Shown piece by piece: positions 50,898 through 60,899 of a DNA stretch of 64,000 nt (positions are counted from its first letter, which is position 1; each line of letters opens with the position of its first letter). This DNA comes from Anthoceros angustus. Taxonomy: Eukaryota; Plantae; Anthocerotophyta. The notes beneath the pieces were generated by a model. The model saw only the letters and a program-made list of their open reading frames with translations, was not told the DNA's origin and made no database searches. The stretch covers positions 1,612,001-1,676,000 of the forward strand of contig MU008166.1 of NCBI GenBank assembly GCA_010909165.1. The letters are read 5' to 3'. The translations under genes and the position numbers were made by a program.

Positions 50898-51593
50898 CTA
50901 GTAAGCGTAGAAATCCGCAAGGTCGTCCGTGTCCGGATCATACCAGCTCCCTACCTCGTCCGCGTTCTTGAGCAGCCACAGCAGATGCTCAAACAGGACA
51001 ACCTCGCAGGCAACAGATATGCGCTCCGTGTCCTTTCCATCGCATCCTTCCGTCTGCTTAGACTTCTCAATCAAGCGCTTGATCACCTCCCGCTCCAGGT
51101 ACTCCGCACTGATGACATACCTCCGCTTCTCCCTGCCGACAAAAATCTCCACACATCCCTCCGGAATGTGCCTGCTGGCCATGGCCTCCTGCGCGGCGGC
51201 CCCCGCATCCAGGTTGGAGTAGGAGCGCTCCGGCTTGCTGGACTTCTGCCACTTTTTCACGATCCTGGAGATCTTCCTTGTCGACATCTTGTAGGAGTCG
51301 GCCACTTTGCCGAAAACCTTCCTGAGGCTCGCCTGCCGCGCTCCGGATCCCTCTCTTCCCTCCCTCCCCTGCCTTCCCTCCCTCCCGCCGCTGCCTATCA
51401 GCGCCGCGTAATCCCCCGCCAAGTCCTCCGATCCCACGCGGCTGCTCGGATTGAGGAGCACATCGAAGATGGACAATCCGATCATAAAACGGCGGCCAAT
51501 TCTTGAGCGCGCGCAGCGCAATGTCGGGCTTGGCGGCCTGGAGCTCGGCCGGCAGGCGCGCAGCGAGTGAAGCAGGTGGCTTCTCACGCGCAT
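50898..51593 (-). CDS. SAUR (small auxin-up RNA) family protein, intronless; the true start may be 51287
   Basis: IVKKWQK, IPEGCVEIFVGREKRRYVISAEYL and ISVACEVVLFEHLLWLL match the auxin-inducible domain. Confidence 0.85.
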   Translation of the reverse strand: MRVRSHLLHSLRACRPSSRPPSPTLRCARSRIGRRFMIGLSIFDVLLNPSSRVGSEDLAGDYAALIGSGGREGRQGREGREGSGARQASLRKVFGKVADSYKMSTRKISRIVKKWQKSSKPERSYSNLDAGAAAQEAMASRHIPEGCVEIFVGREKRRYVISAEYLEREVIKRLIEKSKQTEGCDGKDTERISVACEVVLFEHLLWLLKNADEVGSWYDPDTDDLADFYAY

Positions 51594-52260
51594 CCGCTCA
51601 TGGGGCGTCGTAATACATACAGTGTATGCGCAGCTGGAAGGCGCCCGACAGTTATGCAGTGCCCCGCGCCAGAGCAGATGTGGCTGTTTTTTCGTGTCTC
51701 TGAAACTTGAGGCGGAGGGCCCCGGGGGCCACTGTGCTCTGGACGCCAGGTGGTGTACGACCGCAACTACGCCGCACCTGCCCCGGGCGCCGACCGTGGG
51801 GCCTCAGATCAGCACTCACCCTTGTCCTCTTCTGCCCAAAAGCGGAGCACATGGCCACTCGCTTCACCTACAGTATCTGCCTCCCAGATTTTACTTCCCT
51901 CCATCCGATCACACCTGTGTCCTGTTCCCCCGATCCTCCTCCACCAACACCGCCGAGGCATCTGCCTTGGCCCTCGCTACACACATGTAGTCTAGCTGCG
52001 CTCTAGCCTCCACCACTTCACAATCAATTCAAGGCATGGTGTGCCTTTCGAATGGACTAGCTACAACCCATCTCCACTTGTGTTCACTCCGTTCTGCGAA
52101 ACGAACAGTGGATAACCTCTTGGCATCCATGCAGTGGATAGCTTCATCACATTGCTCATGCACGGAACAAGGGAAAAAACAAAACCTTCCGTGTGTCGTG
52201 GAAACAACGTTATCAACCGCAACCCAACGAATTGCGTTTTCATTCTCAACGAATTGCGTT

Positions 52261-52357
52261 TTCATTCTCATTTTCGTTCTCATTTTCAATTCTCATTTCC
52301 ATTCTCATTTCGTTCTCATTTCCATTCTCATTTCCATTCTCATTTCCATTTCCATTC
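52261..52357. repeat. (TTCTCATTTCCA)-type microsatellite
   Basis: Directly visible. Confidence 0.85.
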
Positions 52358-53299
52358 AAGATAGAAAGAGTGGAAGAAAGAAGTACGTTACGAGGAGGTA
52401 GAGAGCGTGATCCGCCCGGGGTGCGCGGCTGGCAGTGCGGGGAGCGGTTTGCGGGGCGTGGCAAATGTGATGATGGGTTTTTGCATGGCGATGACGATGA
52501 CGAAGGGGGCGATGAGGGGATAAAAGCAACGGAATTAACCGGGGGCAGTTTATACTGTTATCCTGTCAGGGGGCAGGGGCAGGGGCAGGGCCAGCCAGGG
52601 GGAGGGACAGGGGCAGGGCCAGGGCCAGGGCCAGGGGCGGAGTAGGATACAACTGCCAATGGGCGCCCACCAGTGGCAGCAGGGGAGGAAGTGTACAAAT
52701 GTACCAGGACATTGGGCGAGTGTGTGGAGCTAATGAGCGGAGGAAGGCACTGGCCAGGAGGAGACAGCTACCACCTACCAGCTACCGGTCCCGCCTGTCA
52801 CACAACCGAGGCCGGTCCGTGGGGATATTTGCTGTGGCAGGCGGCGGGGGAGTGGTCGCAGCCAGCGAGGTGGTGCAGGCGAATTGGTGGCCGAGGCTGG
52901 GCCTGCCGGTGCCGGACCCCGGTAGCGTCACGACATCGGATGCTGCAATGCTGCAATGCTGCAATGCCGCATTGCTGTGGATAGTCCGGCACTCGGAAAC
53001 CCTAATTAGCGCTTTCCTGTCAGCTCCAGGCAGGCGCGCGTGCGCAACCGCTGGCCCCGGGCCCCGCCCGCGCTCGTCTCTTCTGCCTCGGACAGATGGC
53101 CGTGTCAGACCCAGCCTGTGCTTGTCCACGACACGCATCTTGCCTTCGCAAACTCCTTTGTATGGAGTACAATCCTCCGAGGCTCCAGCCAGCCTCGCTA
53201 TTACATACTTTTCATGTTGTTACATCGTAGGTACCAGTATACAATGTAGTGCGAATGAAAGTGGATGCGGGGGTTTGAAGCATTCGAGAAGGTCCAAGG

Positions 53300-55260
53300 A
53301 TGACTTTTCGATACCGAGGAATGTTGTGGGGCCTGGCTGTACACCCTCCTCCGGCTGCATCCTATCGGACAAGTCAAAGACAACTTCACTCTCGCCTTCA
53401 CGGGCTTATCCCACAACCAAGGCACGCCATGCCACGAAATCCCTAGTAGGGAAGGCTTCAACCAGCTGCCATGCATTCACCATGCTCGAACATTCAGCTT
53501 GAAGCTGCCCTTCCCGATGTCGGTGTGAATCTCTCTCACAGTGTCCGAGTACTGTTCCTTGGCAGGTGTTTTAATACTACTAGCTGTGTCGCCCGACTCT
53601 GAAATGGCACTGCAAGCCTTAAGTACAGCAACATTTGTTCGATCGTTGGGGACAAGACGAAACCTGTTGCGTCAATGAGTACGGTTGCGAAGCCTGTTCA
53701 CCTCTCCATGTCTGGGCAACACACCTATGTAGGCTTTCTCTTCCTGCGCGTCAGCCCACTGCCTGAGCTTTCAGAACAAGACCCACTTCCTGAAAGATCA
53801 GGACAGCGCAGGCTATCTCTTCATGCGCGTCGGTCTAGTGCCTGAGCTTTCAGAAGCAGACCGTCTTCCAGAATGATCAGGATAGCCCATGTCAACACTG
53901 CTGGGAGGCGACGGAGTAAACAAACTCATCGGTATGACCTGACCTTTCTTCCGTCCCCAATTCCCTATCTACGAAACCATTCCCAGGATCCACCAGCAGA
54001 GGCGGCAGGAGGTTCATGATGAGCACATTCACCAGAAACTGATGAGGTTGCAGAGGTTGCAGCACCCGAAGGGGGCTCATTTTCATAGACATGACCCGAA
54101 TCCATTCCAGACGAAACACCCACAACTAAAAGCATAGGAGTTGGAAGAGGACTTCGGGCTCTCCAAGAACAACCCTTGGCACCAAAAGTCTTTCCAGGCT
54201 GCATGGTCTTGAACACTTGCAGGGAGACTGCCAACGTGCAGAACACTTTGCCCTGCTTGCACGACCAAATCTAACTGGACCACATTGCTGCAACACCAGA
54301 ACATCAGCGAAATCAGGCAAGTAAACGGACCGCAAGCGAAGGCAGACTTTCATACCACCGGACGGCAGAGCACCCAGTACAAGTTGTGACACACACCTAA
54401 GCCTTATCGTACAGTTCAAACAAAGGAACTGCTAGCAGCTTCAAGTTTTGGGGCAGGACGACGACAAGCAAACTTTTTGCATTCCTGAACATCACCAAGC
54501 AGAGTGAGTTCAAACTGGATGGCTCCACCTCTTGGAGAAAAAAAAAGAAAAAAAGATGAAAGGATGGCTTGGACCTGAGGCTTGGTGATTTGGGGAGGGC
54601 ACTATGTATACATAAAGATCTCAAAGAGTCGCACTATTTTCCACGGACAATTTCACCAGGCTTCAGGCCACTACCAGGGAGTTTGACGAGGGTATTCCCA
54701 ATTTGCAGCAGCAGAATATGAGAATGGTTCTGTTCCTAAACCTGCCACATTCCGCCACTCCAGTTGCGTAGACTCTGTGTTCACGCACTGTCCAAAGGTG
54801 TATGCACATGAACTAGAAAGGCATCCCTTTCCATTGCCTCCCCTCCTACCCCGACGTTCCATGGAGTCAGCAGCGAAATCCCATCCACACTCGTCCGCAT
54901 GCCCTCCTTCATGCAGCTGCAAAGCACAGCCAAACTCATGAACACACATTACAACGCTGCCCGAGGACAATTTGCTGGTATCAGGACCCACAGCAAATAT
55001 CTCGGGTCACTTCATCTATGTCTGACGATCTCTGTCAACAACATGGCGCCCAGTCTATCAGAAACTTCCTCACTACTGTGAACAAGAAAGCATCAAACAC
55101 CGATGTGCTCTGCCTGAAAGCCCTAACTCGCAGCATCGTCCAGGAAAAGCAAGAAGAACAGATAGGAAGTAATCAGAATACCAAAGAGAGGACGGCCTAG
55201 GTATGTAAACCTCTAAACCAGGTATCTAAACCATAAAAAGCTGTTCATGCCACTTCTTCG
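53300..55260 (-). pseudogene. Left arm of an inverted repeat: degraded PPR-containing sequence
   Basis: The minus strand aligns block by block to 58320-60190. PPR remnants VAVLKACSAISES...VREIHTDIGK and RDFVAWRALVVG*AREGESEVVFDLSDRMQPEEGVQP. Confidence 0.8.
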
Positions 55261-55326
55261 TTTAGCGCCGGCATAGTGGCCGAAGAGGCCAAGCTCTTGA
55301 GAAGGTTTAGCGAGTGCTCCAGCACG

Positions 55327-58110
55327 ATGTACCTGGAGAAGCCTCACTGGATACGACATGCGGGGCTTCAGATTTTCTCTTTGGATATCCAGCCAACGGG
55401 GCCTCGCGTTGCCACAGCAGGAGGCGACCATAAGGTCCGGATATGGAGCATGAAGAAGCTGACAAGTTTGTTAGATGATCAACCTAAGCTGCTTGCTACT
55501 TTGCACGATCACTTTGGGTCCGTCAATTGTGTCCGGTGGGCTAAGTCTGGGCGATTTTTGGCGTCTGGGTCCGATGATCACAATGTTATCATCCACGAGC
55601 GGAGGGCTGGTACTGTCACTGCAGAATTTGGGAGTGGGGAGCCCCCGGATGTTGAGAACTGGAAAGTTGTTATGACATTTCGAGGGCACACATCTGATGT
55701 GGTGGATTTGCAGTGGTCTCCGGATGACTCCATGCTTGCCAGCTGCAGTTTAGACAACACGGTGCGAGTTTGGGACACTAGCACCGGGACACCGGTAGCG
55801 GTGTTGAAAGACCATGGAAGTTTGGTGAAAGGTGTGGCTTGGGATCCAATTGGATCTTTCTTGGCCAGTCAGTCAGACGACAGGTGTGTTATTATATGGC
55901 GGACAAGCAGCTGGACAATGGCTCACAAGGCGGAAGGGTCCTGGGAGAAGGCTGTAGGGTCTACGTTTTTTATGAGGCTGGATTGGTCACCGTGTGGCCA
56001 TCATCTTACCACCACCAATGGCTTTCAAAAGCCTAGCCACACAGCCCCAGTGTTGAAACGAGCAGAGTGGGCTGCCTATCTCCACTTTGTAGGTCACAAT
56101 GCACCTGTGATTGCTGTCCGGTTCAATCATGCCATGTTCAAGAAGCCCCCTCTGCCCAACGGTACAGAGCATGCAGATGGTGTGGTGAGCAGGGACTCTT
56201 CAAAGGAGAAACCCTTCAATGTTATAGCAATGGGAAGTCGAGATTGCAGTGTATCAGTGTGGAGCACAGCATCCCCAAGGCCTGTGTGTGTAGCAAAGCA
56301 TTTCTTTGACCAGAGTGTGGTTGACTTAGCTTGGAGTGCAGATGGATACACCCTGCTCTGCTGCTCTTTGGATGGGACAGTTGCAGCCCTTGAATTCGGT
56401 GTAAATGAATTAGGACACAGAATAGGCGATGAGGAGATGGACGAAATCAAAAGGAAGGTGTATGGTGACGTGCGTGTAAAGCAACTGGCACTGGCAGAAA
56501 GCCCTGCTCAGCTGCTGCTCGAAGGAAAGACTGCGGGAGGTCTGGCACCAGTGCAATTGGTGGTGACACAGCCTTCTCAGGAAGCAAATGGACATGTGGT
56601 ACCAGCTGCTGTTTCCTCACCTCCAAAAGTTAGGGAGGTGATTTCATACAGTGATCAAGATCCCATTGCAGATGCGAGACCTTCGGCTGCTAAACTTCAG
56701 CAACCCCCATCGACAGTAAGGCAGACGGAGTACCGCCGGCCAGATGGGCGGAAGAGAATCATCCCAGAGTCACTAGGCTTGCCGTCTGGGCTTGAAAATG
56801 CTGAGGCCTTCGAAAGGCCTGAGCTCCAAAGCAAAATTAGCAGGTTAGGAACGGGAGACTTAGGGGATGCCAGAAGGTCATTCATAAATGCGATGAATGG
56901 TAATTTGTCTGTTGCTGCATTGGAAGGTGTTACAACGAGAACAAGCTTTTCGAATGGTGTGCCAGTGGATCCCAGACTGGCATCTACTAATCCTAGTGGT
57001 CTACCAGAGGGCTTGATCAAAGTACCCACAGAAGAGAACCCTCTCGGTGTTCTATCAATCATTGGGCAACCGATTTTGGGTTTGGGAGTGACAGTGTGCT
57101 TGGAGGCCAAGCCTGTGAGGGTGGCAAGGTTTGGCAACACAGATGGATTAGGAGGACTTGATGCGTATGAAACCCATGTGACCTGCTCACGAGGAGGTGA
57201 GGTGTTGTGGCAGGATCGATTGATGGGCAGGCCAACAGCATTGGCTGGGAATGCCGTATTCTGGGCTGTTGCATTGGAAGGTGGGCTGGTGCAGATTTAT
57301 ACGCAGGCAGGCAGGAGAGCCCTCCCAGGCATGATGGTTGGTTCAGCAGCGGCATTCATGGACTGTGGGGAAGGGTGGAACTTGCTGTTGCTTACATGTC
57401 AGGGTTCTGTGCACCTGTGGGATGTGAAGGAGGCAACATGTGTGCTACATGAGTCTTTGGCACCTTTGTTCACGACATACTTTAGCAGCTCTGTGAACAA
57501 GGACGTCCAGTCCTTGAGTGTAGTTTCAGCAAGATTATCCAAGGCAGGAGTACCGTTGGTGGTGCTCGCAAACCGGCATACATTCATGTACCATGTGGGC
57601 ATGAAGTGCTGGTTACGGATAGCTGACGATACATTTCCAGCATCTGATTACATCAGCAAGGGATGCGGGAAAGATGGGGAGCTTGCTGCAATCCACGCAC
57701 AGGATGAGAAATCCCTGTGGAAGAAGTTTGTGTGGAGTGCTGCTGCAGGCAATGAGAAGTCTGTGACTCGGGCCAACCTGGAGGTTCAAATGGGGGCGGC
57801 GTTGGCCCTGAAGGCAGCAGATGACTACCGCCAATGTCTGCTTGCCTATGTCCGCTGCCTGACAAGAGATTTAGATGAAGGGCGTCTGCGAGAACTGTGT
57901 GAGGAGTTTTTGGGGCCAGTAGGTGCATGCGACGCAAGCTTACCGAGCCTATCTACTGGGCAGTGGGAATCTCAGGTTCTGGGCTTCAGCAAACGGGAGT
58001 TGCTCCGTAGTCATATCCTACCGGCCATGGCTGCTAACCGGTCTGTCCAGAGGTTGACACAAGAAATCGGAGACCTTTTATCTGAGGTTGAAGTTAGAGA
58101 AGCAAGCTAA
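55327..58110 (+). CDS. HIRA: Histone H3.3 chaperone HIRA, 927 aa, single exon
   Basis: MYLEKPHWIRHAGLQIFSLDIQP start, WD40 repeats (HFGSVNCVRW, GHTSDVVDLQWSPDD, LVKGVAWDPIGSFLASQSDD), B-domain RQTEYRRPDGRKRIIP, and C-terminal Hira domain (WLRIADD, LEVQMGAAL, YRQCLLAYVRCL). The ORF is uninterrupted. Confidence 0.96.
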   Translation: MYLEKPHWIRHAGLQIFSLDIQPTGPRVATAGGDHKVRIWSMKKLTSLLDDQPKLLATLHDHFGSVNCVRWAKSGRFLASGSDDHNVIIHERRAGTVTAEFGSGEPPDVENWKVVMTFRGHTSDVVDLQWSPDDSMLASCSLDNTVRVWDTSTGTPVAVLKDHGSLVKGVAWDPIGSFLASQSDDRCVIIWRTSSWTMAHKAEGSWEKAVGSTFFMRLDWSPCGHHLTTTNGFQKPSHTAPVLKRAEWAAYLHFVGHNAPVIAVRFNHAMFKKPPLPNGTEHADGVVSRDSSKEKPFNVIAMGSRDCSVSVWSTASPRPVCVAKHFFDQSVVDLAWSADGYTLLCCSLDGTVAALEFGVNELGHRIGDEEMDEIKRKVYGDVRVKQLALAESPAQLLLEGKTAGGLAPVQLVVTQPSQEANGHVVPAAVSSPPKVREVISYSDQDPIADARPSAAKLQQPPSTVRQTEYRRPDGRKRIIPESLGLPSGLENAEAFERPELQSKISRLGTGDLGDARRSFINAMNGNLSVAALEGVTTRTSFSNGVPVDPRLASTNPSGLPEGLIKVPTEENPLGVLSIIGQPILGLGVTVCLEAKPVRVARFGNTDGLGGLDAYETHVTCSRGGEVLWQDRLMGRPTALAGNAVFWAVALEGGLVQIYTQAGRRALPGMMVGSAAAFMDCGEGWNLLLLTCQGSVHLWDVKEATCVLHESLAPLFTTYFSSSVNKDVQSLSVVSARLSKAGVPLVVLANRHTFMYHVGMKCWLRIADDTFPASDYISKGCGKDGELAAIHAQDEKSLWKKFVWSAAAGNEKSVTRANLEVQMGAALALKAADDYRQCLLAYVRCLTRDLDEGRLRELCEEFLGPVGACDASLPSLSTGQWESQVLGFSKRELLRSHILPAMAANRSVQRLTQEIGDLLSEVEVREAS

Positions 58111-58319
58111 ACCTCGGAAATCAGGGTCAACCGACTCGTTTCACTGCGGATAGTGGATTTTGTACATTGGTTAGAATTCTTTTTTGTAAAGAGAGAAAAT
58201 TGCTGCGTTGTCTAGGTGCCGTGATCGTAAGTCATTTCTTGCGAGTACAGGTGTGTAAAACTGCCAAACTTCTATTATCCACTGGGTGTCTCAGGCACCT
58301 TCCTTGTGCTGGTAGAGTG

Positions 58320-60190
58320 AGCAAGAAGTGTATGTTGATTTGCTAATTTTGAGTAGCATGAAAAGCTTTTATGGTCTAGATACTTAGGTACTGTTCTCTC
58401 TTTGGTATGCTGATTCCTTCCTGTCTGCTCTTCGTGTTTTTCCTGGCCGATGCTGCGAAATAGGGTTTTCAGGCAGAGGACATCGGTGTGACACTATCTT
58501 CGTCACAGTGATGACGAAGTTGGCAATTGACTGGGCTCATGTTGCTGACAGAGATGGTCAGATTTAGATACCATGACCCGAGGTATCTGCTGTCGGTTCT
58601 GGTTCCAGGGAATCCTGCTGCTCAGACAGCGTTACTGTGAGTTCATGAGTTTGGCTGTGCTTTGCAGCTACATGAAGGAGAATATGCGGACAAGTGTGCA
58701 TGGGATTTTGCTGGTGAGTCCATGTAAGGTCGGGGTTGGAGGGGAGGCAATTGAAAGGGATGCCTTCCTCGATACACACGACTTTGGACAGCGCATGAAC
58801 ATGGATTGTAAGGAAGTGGAGTGGAGGAATGTGGCAGGTTCAGGAATACCATCCTTATACACTTCTGCTGCAAACCTTCTTCAAACTTCCTGGTGATCAT
58901 CTGAAGCTTGGTGAAGATGATCCGTGAAAAGAGCACTAGTATTTGAGACCTTGACGTTTCCAAACTTCCCTCCCCGTCTCACCTAGCCTCAGGTACAGGT
59001 CAACCTGTCGTCTTTTTTTCCCCTTCAAGAGGTAGAGCCATCCATTCTGCAACTCACTCTGCTTGATGATGCGCAGGAGTGCAAAATGCCTTTCGTTGTA
59101 CTGCTGTCTGGAAAGGCAATATTTTCCATGCTCAACAACTTGAAGCTGCTAACAGTCCTTTGTTTGAACTGCACCACAACACTCAGGTATGTGTCACAAC
59201 CAGGACTCGGTGCTCTGCTGTCCCTTGATATGACAGACTCCCTTCGCCTGCGGTCCATTTACTTGCCTGATATCCCTGATGTTCTGGTCTTGCAGAGATA
59301 TAGTCCAGTCATATGATTCAGTTGTGCAAGGAGGCCAAAGTATTCTGCACGTTGGCAGCCTCCCTGTAGGTGGTCAAGACTGCAGTCTGGAAAGATTGTT
59401 CAAGGGTTGTTCTATGAGAGCACGGCCTCTTCTTTCAACTCCTATGCTTTAGTTGCAGTTGCTTTGACTGAAAGGGATTCAGGTCATGTGTATTCGAATT
59501 AGGCCCCTTGGGGTGCTGCAACCTCTGCAATATCATCAGCTTCTGGTGAAGGTGCTCATCGTGGACCTTCCGCGGCCTCGGCTGGTGGGTCCTGGGAATG
59601 GTTTCGTAGATTGAAATTGGAGACGGAAAACAGGGCAGGTCATACTGAGTTGCCTACTCCATCGTCTTCCAGCAGTGTTAATATGTGCTATCCTCATAGC
59701 ACATGTTAACACTGCTGGAGAAGTGGGTCTTCTGAAAGCTCAGGCAGTGGGTTGAGGGAAGGAAGAGAAAGGCTGCATAGGTATGTTGCCCAGATGGAGA
59801 GCGGCGAACAGGATTTCTGTACTCATTGATGCAACAGGAAGGTGTTTTCCCCATTGATCAAACAAATGTTGTTGTACTTAAGGCTTGGATGCCATTGCAG
59901 AGTTGGGGGACACAACTGGTAGTACTACACCACTTCCTAGACACAGTGCTTGGAGACTGTGAGAGGGAATTCACACCCCGACATCTGGAAGAGCAGCTTC
60001 AATCAGGATTTATTTGTAAGCACCATGCTGGTGGACGCCTATGCGAAATGTGGAACCCTAGAGGTTGTTCGACAGGTATTTAAAGAAATGCGGCATCGTG
60101 ACATCGTTTCCTGGAACGCCAAGTTGTCTTGTTCGACAGGATGCAGGTAGAGGGTGTATAGCCAGGCCCATATCCTCGTATCGGAAAGAC
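58320..60190 (+). pseudogene. Right arm of the inverted repeat: degraded PPR-containing sequence
   Basis: Inverted homolog of 53300-55260. PPR remnants MQQEGVFPIDQTNVVVLKA and DLFVSTMLVDAYAKCGTLEVVRQVFKEMRHRDIVSWNA. Confidence 0.8.
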
Positions 60191-60899
60191 GCAGACGCAT
60201 GCGATACTATCATATCCGGATTAAGTGGAATGTAAATATGCGATCTTTTTATTACCATACTCCGCGCGTTTTTATTTTCTACACTTGGGAGTAGGAACCA
60301 CAAGTTAGAAACCAAAACCAAGTCTAATCTCCCTCTATAAAAAGTGTATGGCAAGCATGTCTGCAGACAAAGAAAGGTCCCGGCCTCCGGAAGGGAAAAA
60401 CGAATTGCTAGATTTGTGGCCTGGATATTGTTGGTGGGTCAGCCGCGACCGGGTGCACTGGTGGCAGTCACTACCGGTAGTCAGTCTCAGTCGGCCGAAT
60501 TCTTAATGGTTTGGTACAGTGCTTGATGCTGATGCTCCACCTGGAGAATGCAGGTTAGAATGCTGAGTTCTTGTCGATTTGGGCTGACGCTCACTGGAGT
60601 CCTGGACAATCCATGGCACACGGTCACATCTAGTCAGTGCTTGTTGCACGGCCCTAGCCTGTTGCAAGTATTGTGTTCTAAACTTCTAGGGAGGTATTGG
60701 ATCAATGCTTGTGGCACCAGGCTTCAGACCTGGATCTCTCCTCCCGTTTGCAAAGTCTTCAGGCGATGAGGTTGGTGTGATTGTTGTCCGTGATTGCTCA
60801 AGGCATCTGGTTTTTGATTTTTTTTTAATTTGGTATTTTGAAAATAAATCAAAACAACCCCGAGGGAGAAATCTTCAGCAAGGGTTCTGATTCCCCTAT

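Noticed and set aside
55276-55326. GTG-initiated N-terminal extension of HIRA in the ORF track
   Set aside because: Homology begins at the ATG at 55327 (MYLEKPHW).
59086-59316. LRR-like reading frame in both palindrome arms, suggesting an NLR remnant
   Set aside because: Only a weak leucine pattern, many amino-acid differences between arms, and no NB-ARC motifs.
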